From Glaucostegus cemiculus (lineage: Eukaryota), in assembly GCA_976551045.1 (NCBI GenBank), contig CDPCPM010000292.1:1-64000 (forward strand): a stretch of 64,000 bases of DNA, read 5' to 3'. A program made the translations under genes and the position numbers. The stretch's first letter is position 1. Each line of letters starts with the position of its first letter. The notes below the pieces were generated by a model. That model saw nothing but the letters and a program-made list of their open reading frames with translations. It ran no database searches and had not been told where the DNA came from. Below are positions 35,851 to 48,740 of the stretch, one piece after another.

Positions 35851-37307
35851 AAAAAGCCCATCAATTTACTTGAATTCTTTGCTGGCTTTTATTCTCCCAA
35901 ATATATTCAAGCTCAGAAACCAAGGCATAACCTTGAGTGGTGTTCAGCAAAACACAAGTGCCTAACACACACACACTTTAAATTTGGGAATAATTATTCC
36001 TTACTAATCAATCTACTACCCTCCCTGCTGCACCAGCTACACAGCCCCAACTTGCTGCTATCCTTGAGTTTTGAATTGCATTGACCCCCCATGGCTTCCT
36101 TGGGCAGATGTATAATTGCATGGTAGTGTAAGACTTGCTAGCCTAGGATGAGTTAAGCAGTTTGCTAATTATTTCTAGAATCATGTTTAATTACTTTATT
36201 TTTGTTATCAAATTTTTGCTCATATTTGATGCCAGCTGGTCTCACCATATGATAAGTGGCAAGAAGCAGTTATTCTTTGAGTGGAGGAGGTGACGGGTGG
36301 TGGAAAGCTGAACAGATGCAATAAGTTGAAAGCTTTTGCTCCAGTTGGACGCATCATTAACTCTGTGCTGTATTTGTAAAATATATTGTGCAGAGTCTTC
36401 GCCACATTGATGTTAAATCTGCTGTAAACTGTTCTGTAATCAGGGCACAAGTGCTACGTACCCCTTTCTTCATGCTGAGCAACGTGATTATTCCTGGGAA
36501 TAATCACAGATCATTGTAAATAAAGGACTGAAACTCTTTGCTGTTCTTAAAGAAACCTAATGAAATGAAATGTACTCGTGCTCGCCCTTGGTTACAATTG
36601 TTCGGTCCATTGTGGAACCGCAGGCAAGTCCAATTACTTGTAAACAAGGGAACAGACTCCTCTGAGTGGTATTCAGAAACATCTAGAGTTAAAGAGCAGT
36701 TGTCTTGATTAAAGTTAAAGGGAACAATGTGTTAATGGAAATAACAGGGAAGTATTTGTAAGTACAATAAACTCTTAGAGGAATATTGAGTTGTGGTTCT
36801 TTGAACCTTGACCAGTATTAACCACTGGGACTGGTTCAGGCCACATTCAGAAATGACAGTACCAGAGACAAGGTGAGGGCCACATACCCTACAGACTCTC
36901 ACAGATGCTCTTTCTTCAGGTGGAAGGTCACCTGGTGTGCAACTGGACAGAGACACTTCTTGGTTCAAAGTGAGGGACACTCCTCGTAACTGTGTGCAGC
37001 CTTTGTTTATTGGGGGTGAGAGTCACTGCAGACTCTGTTTATTCGGGGTAAGGGTCCATCATTGTGTATCTACATGGGCACACAGGGAATGACCCTCCTG
37101 AAGGAGGGAGCAGGCTTGGGGAAGGGGGCACTAAGAGGGTGAATGTGTTACGGCAAACAGGAACCAAGGCAGGTATTGGGGCATGGGGCAATGAGAGCAG
37201 GAGTGTGAAGCGGCCAATCACCAAGGGAAGGGGGTGATGACAACGACTTGTATCTTTACTACATGTATGTGGTAAGTGTAAGCGTCAGTGTGTGTGTGTA
37301 TTAAACC

Positions 37308-37590
37308 ACGCATGGTAGTGTCGCAGTTAGCATAATGCTATTACAGTGCCAGTGACACGAGTTTAATTCCCACTGCTGTCTGTACTTCCCCCCCCCCCCA
37401 AATATGTCTGCCTGGGTTTCCTCCAGGTGCTCCGGTTTTCTCCCACATTTCAAAAGACGTACGGGTTAGGAACTGTGGGCATGCTATGTCAGTGCCGGAA
37501 GAGTGGTGACAATCGCGGGCTGCCCCCTGCACATTCTCAGTAATGCAAAAAGATGCATTTCACTGTGTGTTTCGATGGACATGTGACTTA
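37308..37590 (+). mobile_element. V-SINE, tail type A
   Basis: Head, V-domain, gcaaaaagatgcatttcactgtgtgtttcgatg tail. Confidence 0.8.
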
Positions 37591-38059
37591 TCCATGTATC
37601 AGAGCCTAGTCTTCAGTCCTATCACATCCTCCCAATTGGACCAAATTTCACACTGCCCAGCCCACGTGGTAGCCGATGTGCCACGACCCATGCTAAAAGG
37701 AATCGCTCACTGGAATCTTTGGCTCCTCATTGAAGTTGACTTCAACTCTGGGTGCAGTCCAAGAAGCAGCAGCTTTGGGAGGAGTGAGGAAACTTCACAG
37801 CCAAGAAGTGAAAGTAGCCATCTGGCCTCTTCACAGTGTGGGAGGGGGGAACTGGACTTGAAGCTCTTCACCCCAGGACACAATGGGCTGATGAAACTTC
37901 TCCTGTGCCCTTCTGCTCATGCCCTCTGCTTTCCTATGTTCCATCTTTCCACTGCAGTCCCCATACCCCTGTGCTTTCTGCCACAGCACGCACTCTGTAT
38001 GCTGTACATGGTCATGTTTATAAACTGCTTTTTATTCCTTATCTGACCTTGGACTGTCC

Positions 38060-38990
38060 TTGACATCAAATGGCGGCTACAGTCCCACCACATTCCTCTG
38101 TGGGAATATCTGTTCTGAGCACTCTTTCACCCTGGACATCGAACCCACCCAAAATCCACACTCCCCGCCAGTGTAGCCTCAGGCCTTTTCGCTTCTTCCA
38201 TCCACCTTGACCCTCGCCCACTCAGCAGAACTAGTCATCAGATTGAGCAAATCCACCTTTCGCTCCATTCATTTCCTCCAAATGAAAGGTGTTATGATGT
38301 TGCTACGGGAACCTTAATCCTTGCAGGTATGTGGAACGTCCTTTGATCCAGGCATCCTCATGACTCCTCCCTCACTTTTCTCTGGTATATTAACACTACA
38401 CCGCTGCTGCAGTCTCAAAATTTCATTAGTTTAGCTGTCAATATCCACCCTTTCCATCACCTCCACACAGTAAATCTGTCGTTACCCGTGCCCTCCTTGA
38501 CATCCTCATCTCCGTTCCCTTGATCTCCCACAGCTCCCTCTTCCCACCTTGCATCCTGTACGTACTTTATTAGATATTCCAGGTTTTCCATCTCCATTGT
38601 ATCTGTTCTGTAAATGCTGCCTTCTATACCAACGCTGCTTTGTTCGACCAAAGATTCCCCTCCATTGCGACTGACTGTGCCCATCCCGCTTCCTGCACTG
38701 TTATCCTCCACCTAACCAATCTCCGCAGATCAGACGATTACTTTTAGAATACCCCCTACTCAGTTCACAAGCGCAACCCTGAACTTCCAGTCACCTAGAG
38801 GGTCAGACAGCATGGAAACAGACCCTTCGGCCCAACTGGTCCACGCTGAGCCCACCTGTCCCATGAATTCTCTATCCCACTCTCACTCTGGCTCTTCTGC
38901 ATTCAGCCTTGTAAACATTCCCACCGAGGCTCAAAGCAAATTCCCAGAACAGCACCTCATCTTTGGATGTCACGCTCTTGAGGACTCAGT
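38060..38990 (+). mobile_element. Penelope-like element RT / GIY-YIG remnant
   Basis: AELVIRLSKSTFRSIHFLQMKGV at ~38225-38292 (PLE RT LAELVLTLNNFSF..HFLQ.KGV) and EAQSKFPEQHLIF at ~38926-38965 (GIY-YIG C-terminus). Confidence 0.7.
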
Positions 38991-39069
38991 CATCCAGCTG
39001 ATCCTCTTTTTAACCTCACACATTTAGCACTGGGGGGACTTTCCACCTGCATACCCAAAAAGGATCATC

Positions 39070-42000
39070 ACCAGATGTCCGGGACGTATCTGACCACGTC
39101 CAAGAAATCTTGAAGGGGGAAGGAGAGCAGCCGGAGGTTGTGGTACACATTGGTACCAACGACATTGGTAAGGAAAGGAGCGAGGTCCTGAAAGGTGCCT
39201 TAGGGAGTTAGGAAGGAGGTTGAAAAGCAGGACCCCAAAGGTGGTAATTTCTGGAGTGTTACCTGTGCTAAGTTACAGTGGGTACAGGAACAGGATGAGG
39301 AGGAGGATTAATGCGTGGTTGAGGGACTGGAGCAAGGAGCAAGGATTCAGTTTTCTGGATCATTGGGGCCTCTTTTGGGGCAGGTATGACCTTTTCAAAG
39401 AGGATGGGTTGCATTTGAACCCCAGGGGGACTAACATACTGGCCGGGAGGTTTGCTAAGGCTACTGGGGAGAGTTTAAACTAGAAGTGCTGGGGGATGGG
39501 ATTCGTGCTGGAGTGGTCAGGGAAGAGGTGGTAGGCTCTCGGTTAGTGGAGGCTGGGAGTAAGTATCATAGGCAGGTGTTAGAGAAGGGAAATGTTCAGA
39601 CGGGTTTGAGATATCTCTATTTTAATGCGAGGAGTATTGTTAACAAGGCAGATGAGCTTAGAGCTTGGATTGATACTTGGAGATATGATGTGGTGGCCAT
39701 TACTGAGACTTGGTTGACCCCGGGGCTGGAATGGTTGATTCAGGTGCTGGGGTTTAGATGCTTCAGGAAGGACAGGCAGGGGGGGCAAGAGAGGAGGTGG
39801 AGTGGCACTGTTGATCAGAGAGAGTGTTACAGCTACGGAAAAGGTGGAAGCTGTGGAGGGATTGTCTATGGAGTCCCTGTGGGTGGAGGTTAGGAACAGG
39901 AAAGGGTCCATAACATTACTGGGTGTTTTTTATAGGCTGCCCGATTGTGACAGGGTTATTGAGGAGCAGAAAGGGAAGCAGATCCTAGAAAAATGTGAGA
40001 ATAACAGAGTTGTGGTGATGGGGGATTTTAATTTCCCAAATTCGACTGGCATCTCCAGACGGTGAGGAGTTTAGATAGGCTGGAGTTTGTTAGGTGTGCT
40101 CAGGAAGGGTTCTTGACACAGTATGTGGATAGTCCTACGAGAGGAGAGGCTGTGCTGGATTTGATACTGGGTAATGAACCTGGTCAGGTGTCAGATCTCT
40201 TGGTGGGAGAACATTTTGGTGATAGTGACCATAATTCTATCTCCTTTATGTTGGCAATGGAGAGGGATAGGAACAGACACACTAGAAAAGTGTATAATTG
40301 GAGTAGAGGGAATTATGAGGGCCTCAGGCAAGAAATTGGAAGATTAAATTGGGAGCAGATGTTCTCCGGGAAAAGTACAGAGGATATGTGGCAGACATTC
40401 AGGGGGTATTTGGGTGGAGCTCTTCACAGACATGTTCCAATGAGACAGGGAAGGCGTGAGAGGATGCGGGAACCGTGGTGCACGGAGGCTATCATAAAGC
40501 TAGTCAAGGAGAAAAGAAAAGCGCACAAAAGGTACAGGGAGCTAGGTAAGGTTAGTGATCTGGAAGATTACAGGGCTAATAGGAAGGAACTTAAGAAAGA
40601 TATTAAGGAAAACTCCAAGGTGTTCTACAGGTATGTGAAGAGTAAGAGGATGAGATGCGAAAGGATAGGGCCTATCAAGAGTGGAAGCAGGAAAGTGTGT
40701 ATGGACTCGGAAGAAATAGTGGAGGTGTTAAATGAATACTTTACTTGGGTATTCACTACGGAGAAGGAGCTAGGGGATTGTAGTGGGGGCTTGCAGTGGC
40801 CAGAAAGGATTGAGCAGGTAGAAATTAGAAAGGAGGAGGTGCTGAAACTTTTGGAGAGGATTAAGTTAGATAAGTCGCCGGAGCCGGACAAGATGTATCC
40901 CAGGTTGCTGTGGGAGGCGAGGGAGGAGATTGCGGAGCCTCTGACGATGATCTTTGCGTCGTCGATGGAGACGGGAGAGGTTCTGGTAGATTGGAGGGTT
41001 GCGGCTGTTATGCCGTTATTTAAGAAGGGGAATAGGGATAGCCCGGGGAATTATAAACCGGTGAGTCTTACCTCGGTGGTGGGTAAGCTGCTGGAGAGGA
41101 TCCTGAGAGGCAGGATTTATGAACACTTGGAGAAGTATGGCATGATTAGAAATAGTCAGCATGGTTTTGTCAAGGGCAGGTCCTGTCTGACGAGTCTTAT
41201 AGAATTTTTTGAAGAAGTGACCAAGAATGTTGATGAAGGGAGATCGGTAGATGTAGTGTATATGGATTTTAGCAAGGCTTTTGATAAGGTGCCCCATGTG
41301 AGGCTTATGGAGAAGGTGAGGAGACAGTGGATCCAGGGGGACATTGCGATGTGGATTCAGAATTGGCTGGCCCACAGAAGGCAAAGAGTGGTTGTGGAAG
41401 GGTCGTATTCTGAGTGGAGGTCAGTGACCTCCGGTGTACCTCAGGGATCTGTGCTGGGACCCTTGCTGTTTCTCATCTTTATAAATGACCTGGATGGGGA
41501 AGTGGAGGGGTGGGTTAGGAAGTTTGCTGATGACACGAAGGTTGGGGGAGTTGTGGATAGTTTGGAGGGCTGTCAGAGGCTACAGAGGGACATAGATAGG
41601 ATGCAGAGTTGGGCTGAGAAATGACAGATGCAGTTCAACCCAGATAAATGTGAAGTGGTTCATTTTGGTAGGTCAAATAGGTTGGCGGAATATAGAATTA
41701 ATGGTAAGACTCTTGGCAGTGTGGAGGATCAGAGGGATCTTGGGGTCCGAGTCCATAGGACGCTCAAGGCGGCTGCGCAGGTTGACTCTGTGGTTAGGAA
41801 GGTGTATGGTGTATTGTCCTTCATCGGTCAAGGGATTGAATTTAGGAGTAGGGAGGTAATGCTTCAGTTGTATAGGTCCCTGGTCAGACCCCACCTGGAG
41901 TATTGTGTTCAGTTCTGGTCACCTCACTACAGGAAAGATGTGGAAGCTATAGAGAGGGTGCAGAGGAGGTTTACGAGGATGCTGCCTGGAATGGGGAGCA

Positions 42001-42421
42001 TGCCTTATGAGAGCAGGTTGCAGGAACTCGGCCTTTTCTCCTTGGAGAGGATGAGGATGAGGGGGGACCTGATTGAGGTGTATAAGATGATGAGAGGTAT
42101 GGATAGGGTAGATAGTCGGAGGCTTTTCCCCAGGGCTGAAATGGTGGCCACAAGAGGACATAGGTTTAAGGTGCTGGGGGGAAGATATAGGGGAGATGTT
42201 AGGGGTAAGTTTTTCTACTTAGAGAGTGGTGAGTGCATGGAATGGACTGCCGGAAATGGTGATGGAGGCGGATACGTTAGGGTCTTTTACGAGACTGTTG
42301 GATAGGTACATGGAGGTAAATAAGATAGAAGGTTATGGGTAAGCCTAATAGTGTGGGGATATGTTCGGCACAGCTTTGTGGGCTGAAGAGCCTGAATTGT
42401 GCTGTAGGTATCTATGTTCTA
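39070..42421 (+). mobile_element. CR1 (HER1-like) LINE: ORF1 SGNH-esterase C-terminal part, near-complete ORF2 (APE endonuclease + RT), 3' UTR
   Basis: ORF1 VVHIGTND...VVISG...DGLHLN; ORF2 [65 protein letters not shown]; a few frameshifts and one TGA (41622); tail ctatgttcta. Confidence 0.95.
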
Positions 42422-43788
42422 GCTACAATTATAATGGCTGTTGATTGATTTCCACTTGTTGCTGGTTTACTAGCTTCTCTCGTACACCTACTTAGCAAGA
42501 ACCTATAGTTCTTGCTACACAGCCTTTTGGGGAGAAAGAATTCCAGTTTTCTACAAGCCCTTTTCTATGAAGAAAAAATGCTTCCTGATTTCCCAGCTTT
42601 GAATTTAACAGAGGGAGCTCTTTACTGCCAAGTTACGATACCCTCCAGCTTTGAGCTGGAACTTGCTGGGAAGTTCGAAGCCCATACAGCCTTGCATTGT
42701 TTTGTTAAATAAATTGACTTTGGTCTCTTACTCAACAGAGGCTTTCCCAGGAATCCTACACAAAGCAAACTCTTCTGCTGATCATTCCCGAGCAGATAAC
42801 AGATCACATCATCAGTGAACTCGAGTCCACAGCAGCCAAAAGCTGTTTTCCATCATTGCTCCAGTCAAAGATCACACTAAACATCATTAGTATTTTCACT
42901 TTATTTCCAATTCAGTAGAAGTGTGCATCATTAGAAAAGAATGTGTTTGTATTTTCACAGTAACAGAATTATAGAAAAGCTCTAGAATTAGGAATGTAAA
43001 AGATGACCTACATGACTGTAAATGTGACATATTGTATAGTTTAACTACATATCAGAAGCAATCATTTTATGTAGTGAACTTTATTTTCAACAATACCACT
43101 ACTAAATTCACAGTGGTACAATGTCTTAATCAATTATTTAATCTTTTCTGCTCTTTCACACAATATTAGTCATTTGACTTGTCATTCTGTTTTGGGGTGA
43201 CCAGAAAGAGGTCTTTCAGTTTGGGTGAAGGTTCAGTGGGCGAGAGATGTTTCCACATGACGAGGCCAAACTAGGGACAATAAATGCAAGACGGCCACTA
43301 GTAAATACAAGAGAGGGTTTGGGGACAACTTACTCAATGTGGAACTCACTACCATGAAAAGTAACTCAGCATTGGACATCAATGTATTTGTGGGAAAGCT
43401 GAATAAATGCTGGAAAGAAAAATCGAATGGAAGCATATACTGAAAAGGTGTAGAGCAGGACAAGGCCTGTGAGAAACAAACACTGGCATAACAGCCAAGT
43501 GGGCGATTTCTCAGCTGTAAACTTTAATTCCATGCACTGACGTGAAGGTATACTAATAAAGTTGGTGGGGTTCTCATCAAGATGCCAAACTCTGTGTAAA
43601 TCTTGTATTAGGATCTATGCCATGATGTGTTCAGATAACTAGCAAGCAAACCTGTGATGTTGATTATTCCTAGAACAATCTTAAATTGCCTTTCATGCCT
43701 TTGAACGTATTTATCTGAGGGAGAACTGGACATCACAACTTCTCCATAAATTTCTCGTCTCCACAGAATAACGCATGCAGCTTACTTT

Positions 43789-43809
43789 TCATTTTCCATT
43801 TCCAGATTT
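43789..43809 (-). CDS. BAG2: Candidate additional BAG2 terminal coding exon (KSGNGK*)
   Basis: Minus-strand acceptor ttctttttctatgtttattcttAG|AAA TCT GGA AAT GGA AAA TGA, in phase 0 with the donor at 50247; minus-strand AATAAA at 43080-43085 and 42900-42905. Confidence 0.4.
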   Translation of the reverse strand, partial: KSGNGK

Positions 43810-43939
43810 CTAAGAATAAACATAGAAAAAGAACATTATTTAACTTGCAACATTTTAGTTAATGCCTTTCTCCACACTGCCCTTCTCCCAACAGTTATAG
43901 TGGTAATAATTCAGACTGCCTCTGGTTTACGGAGGTCTT

Positions 43940-44580
43940 ACTGCAATTATGTAGGGTGTAGGTGAGACTGCATCTGGAGTATTGTGTAGTTTAGGTCTCA
44001 ACCTAAAAAAGGGACATACCATAGAGAGAGTGCAACAATGACTCACCAGCCTGATTCCTGAGAAGGCAGGTCTGCTGTAGAAAGGGAGATTGAGTAAACT
44101 AGGTCTGTATGATCTAGTGTTAAGAGGAATGAGAAGCAATCATGTTGAAAGTCTTGTTGACTTTGACTTGGAAACATTAAAAAAAAATTGCCCTCAGGAC
44201 TCAACCGGGTGGAGGGAGGGAGGATGTTTCCACTGGCTGAGGACTCAATCGGCCTTTGAAGACTGAAATGAGGAAAAATTTCTTCACTAAAAATGGGTAA
44301 ATGAGAACCTTAACTCAATAAGAATAGAGTATAGGGTATATTCATAGAGATGCCAGGCCAGTATGTGAGAGTTGGCGGAAACTTGTGTAACCATTTCTTC
44401 ACCTGTGGATCCTCAGCCACTGAGTTCATTCAAAATGCAAGTCAGGAACTTTCTAGATGTTGAGGGAATGAAGCTAGTCCAGAAGAATGGTGCTGAGGGG
44501 GAAAACAGTGTGATTTAGACAAATAGCAGAACAGATTTGAAGGGTTGGATACTCTACCCCTGATCCTAATTCTTATGAGT
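43940..44580 (+). mobile_element. Degenerate CR1 3' fragment
   Basis: VRLHLEYCV-like motif at ~43960-43990; gaggaaaaatttcttcact. Confidence 0.6.
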
Positions 44581-45159
44581 AAGCAAATCATGCTGCAATT
44601 TCCTATGTGAAACCCCTGCCACCTTTCTCCAGCACTGGCACTGAGGGCTCAGTTCTATGACAACCGTAGTACTGTACTCGCCCTTCGTTAGAGCTGCTTG
44701 TTCAACCATGGGCAAGAGTTTCAGTCAAGCCCAATTCCCTCACTAGAACTACTTCTCAAGAGGGCAATCACTGGATAATGAGCACTTCCCAGCAAGAAAA
44801 TGGCAATGATAATCCAGGAATAATGTCACAAGGAACTAGGGAGGTAACTGCCTTTAGCCTTAGCATTTTATTTTTCTCTTTAAATTAGGACAATTTAAAC
44901 AAAGAGCCTGAGAATATAGTTTATTCACTAAATAACAAATTAGATAACTAAATTCATAAAACTAAAAATAATGGGTAAATTAAAACCTTAACTAAATAAG
45001 AATAAAGGTATATTCATAGAGATACCAGGCCAGGTAGTGTATCATAACTGCAGCATGTGAGAGCTGGTGGAGACCTGTGTAACCACTTCTGCAGTGTCTG
45101 CATCTTGAGGAGCTTCATAGAACATAGCACAGGGAGTGGGGCTTGACTGAAACACTGCC

Positions 45160-46085
45160 CAGAGTACAGCACAGTATGGACCCTTCAGCCCACAATGTTG
45201 TGCTGATCTATATAAACCTACTCCGTGATCAATCTAATCCTTCCCTCCTACACTGCCCATAACCCTCCATTTTTCTTACATCTGTGCCTAAGAGATTGTA
45301 TCAGCCGCTACCACCACCCCCAGCAGTGCGTTCCACTCTCTGTGTAAAACAAAAACTACCTCTGACACCTCCCCTAAACCTTCCTTCTCTGACCTTAAAT
45401 GGATGTCCTCTGGTATTGGCCCTTGCCGCCCTGGGGAAAAGGTGCTGGCTGTCCACTCTATCTATGTCCCTCATAATCTTAGACACGTCTATCAAATTGC
45501 CTCTCATCCTGCATCTCTCCAAAGAGAAAAGCCCCAGCTCGCTCAACCTTTCCTCATAAGGCATGTTCTCCAATGCAGGCAGCATCCTGGTAAATCTCCT
45601 CTGCACCCTCTCGAGAGCTTCCACATCCTTCCTATAATGAGGTGACCAGAAATGAACACAATACTCCAAGTGTGGTCTAACCAGAGTTCTATGGAGATGC
45701 AACATTGCCCCATGGCTCTTGAACTAATGAAGGCCAGCACACCATACACCTTCTTAACCACCCTTTCAACTTGCGCGGCAACTTTGAGGGATCTATGGAC
45801 AAACCCCAGGATCCCTCTGTTCCTCCACACTGCTGCCATTAACATTGTATTCAGGCTTCAAGTTTGTTCTTCAGAAATGTATCATTCATACTTTTCAGGA
45901 CTGAACTCCATCTGCCACATCTCCGCCCAACTCTGCATCCTGTCTATATCCCGTTGTGACCTATGACAACCTTCTCTACCATCCACAACCCATCCAATCT
46001 TTGTGTCATCTGCAAACTTACTAACCCATCCCTTCACTTCCTCATCAGAGTCATTTATAAAAACTACAAAGAGCAGGAGTCCCAC
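45160..46085 (-). mobile_element. CR1 LINE 3' part (RT C-terminus and tail)
   Basis: ORFs 45301-45705 and 45882-46139: [30 protein letters not shown]. Confidence 0.9.
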
Positions 46086-46759
46086 AACAGAGAACTCTTC
46101 TGCATACAGATGAGGAGCTGAAGCCTGGGCAGAAAACATTTCAGGGTAAGTACCTGGATAATTCAGTTCGCAAGGCCTGCCTGAGATTATACAGTAATTT
46201 AACTTTGTTTATAGGCCAGGCAGGTTTATAAGATCTTTATTAGTCACATGTGCATACAGCCTGCAATGAGGTACTTACCAGCTGTATCGATCAGAATAAT
46301 GACTGCAGGGAGGGGGGGGGTTCAAGATAACTACAGTATCTTGAGCAGAGTCTAGAGGCCATTGGGAGAAAGGAGATTTTAAAAACTGTGGTAATATTAG
46401 GGAACAGTATAACGAGAAGGAAACATCCTGTTTGCTCCAGACATGGCTTCTCACTAGAACATTTCTTCAGGCCATAGATATGAAATATTAACTCAAAAGC
46501 TACTGCCCTTTCCAACATGTTCTGTTTCAATTTCAGATTTCCATCATCGACTGTATTTAGCTTTGGGAACCATTACAGGAATGTAGTTTCATGGTGACCA
46601 AGGTTAGGAGCTAAGTATCCCAGGATCATACAACAAAGAACAGTACAGCCCAGGAACAGGCCCTTCGGCCCATCACGTCTGTGCCAACTATGATGCCAAT
46701 CTAACTAATCCCATCCCCCAGTCTTCAAAAGAACTGACACGCTGAAAATGTGGCGGGAG

Positions 46760-48740
46760 AGGTTGCCCTGAGAATAAAGAGGGGCAATAGTGAGAAACGG
46801 TCCCCTGGCTCAGAAGATCAAGAAGTAGAATTGGTGTGGGTGGAAACAGGAGGAAACAAGAGATGATAAAAATAGTGGGAGTTAACGGTCTTAACGGTAG
46901 ATATGTTTCAGGGCAGAGTATTAAAAGATGATCTTGTAACACTGGGAATGTAAAAAATCAAGGAGCTTTAATATTCACTGGACAAATCAAGTTGCCTAAA
47001 CTTGTTTGGAGAACTAGTCCATTGAAAATATCCAAGATGGTGTCCTAGAACAATACACCATGGAGCTGACCTGAAGACAGGTCATTCTAAGTTTTTTTTA
47101 CTTGTGTAACAGAGTAAATCTGTTATCTTGTAGCAAGGGATTATCTAGGGAAGAGTGATCTGTCTTAATTTTTAGATAGGTTTATTGCATAAACACATGG
47201 AGATATTGGCTAAAGTGGCTTGAGATGTTAAGTTAAAAGATATGATCATTAAACAATGGCACACATTTCAAAAAACATACTGAAATTCCCAACCAGCATA
47301 CGTTCCACTCATTGTGTCTTCTGATGCGAAAGCAGATACAAAATGTTTAATACATCAGTGACTTCCTGAATTCTCATTATAAGTGTTCCATGGAAACAGG
47401 ATCCGTGCCTGGTTAAGTGTAGCATTAAATTAAAAGGAACTTGTTACCTTGAGGACAAGTAATCCCAAGGACTGCAAGAGATTGAAAAGTCGGCAAAAGT
47501 TGACCAAAATAAACAGAAAACAGGAAATATGAGTAAACTTACAAGTAGTATAATAAAACTTGAACAGTTTCTACAAGAATGTAAAAAGCAATAGAATATG
47601 TGAGTTCTTTAGAGGGCTGAGGCAGGAAAAATAACGAGGGAAATAAAGAAGTGGTTGAGAATGCTAAACCAAGATTTTATATCTGTTTTCACAGGACACT
47701 GATAACCTACAAGAAAGAATAGGGAGCCAAGGATCCAATGGAAGTACAAAACAAAGTGATAAACGTTAGCGATAAAAGGGGTTAAATCCAAACAAAGCCT
47801 GGCCCAGATGGTTTGCATCCTGGTGCACTGATCGTGATCCTCTGAAACTCTTTAGATTCTGGAATTGTCCCACTTCATTTGAAGACTGAAAGTAAAATAC
47901 TACTGTTTCAATAAGGAAGAAATTAGGGATTCACATTGCAGCTGGTTTGACCTTAATTGCAGGGAAAATGATGGAATCAAGGAAGTGATATAATAAAAGT
48001 GAAAATCCTATTATTAAGCAGAGCCACCATGGTTTAATGTAAGGGGATATGTATTTGGGAACTCTAATAATGTTGTTTTGGGGGCATAACTACCAGTGCA
48101 GGTGAGGGGAAAGTCATTGGATGGAATACATCTGAACTCTCAAAGGGATTCAGTGACGTACCATATTAAGGTCTGATATTCAAAATGTGAACTCATTAGT
48201 ACAGACAGAAAACTGATTCAGGGATACTAAACAGGGAGGAATAAATGGGTGATATTCAGGTTGGCAGCCAGTTCTGTGGGTTACCGTCATGGGTTAGGGT
48301 AGGGACTTCAGCTATTTATCGACAGGAGTTAGAGGATGGGTCCATGAGTAATGGGGCCGAGGTCTGCTGACAACACAAGCAAAGTGGGAATGGACTGTGA
48401 GGAGGATGGAAAGAGAGAGATGCAGACAGTTTAAGCAAGTGGACAGGAAGGAGCAAACAGTTCGTGGCTGTGGAGGTTAGAACTGTGGACGGAAATGAGG
48501 AAACTTTTGGTAGTAACTCCGGTTTCCAGCCTTTGCAATTCTCATACGGCTGTGGTTACTCTCTGGAATTCTCAGCCCCGGAGCATCGTGGAGCCTTGAT
48601 CACTGGGGTATTTAAAGCAGAAAGTCAGGGAGTTGAGGGCAATGAGGAACAGACACAGAAGAGAAGGCCTGCAGAAGATCAGCCATGTTGAATGGCGGGG
48701 CAGGCTTGAGGGGCCGAGTGGCCTACTCCTGTCCCTATTT
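46760..48740 (+). mobile_element. Highly degenerate CR1 ORF2 remnants
   Basis: Traces of KPGPDGLHP, SHHG, ADNT motifs and CR1 tail gaggggccgagtggcctactcctg. Confidence 0.55.

Noticed and set aside
37543-38046. 167-aa ORF
   Set aside because: Begins in a SINE tail and runs through decayed repeat sequence; no domain or splice support
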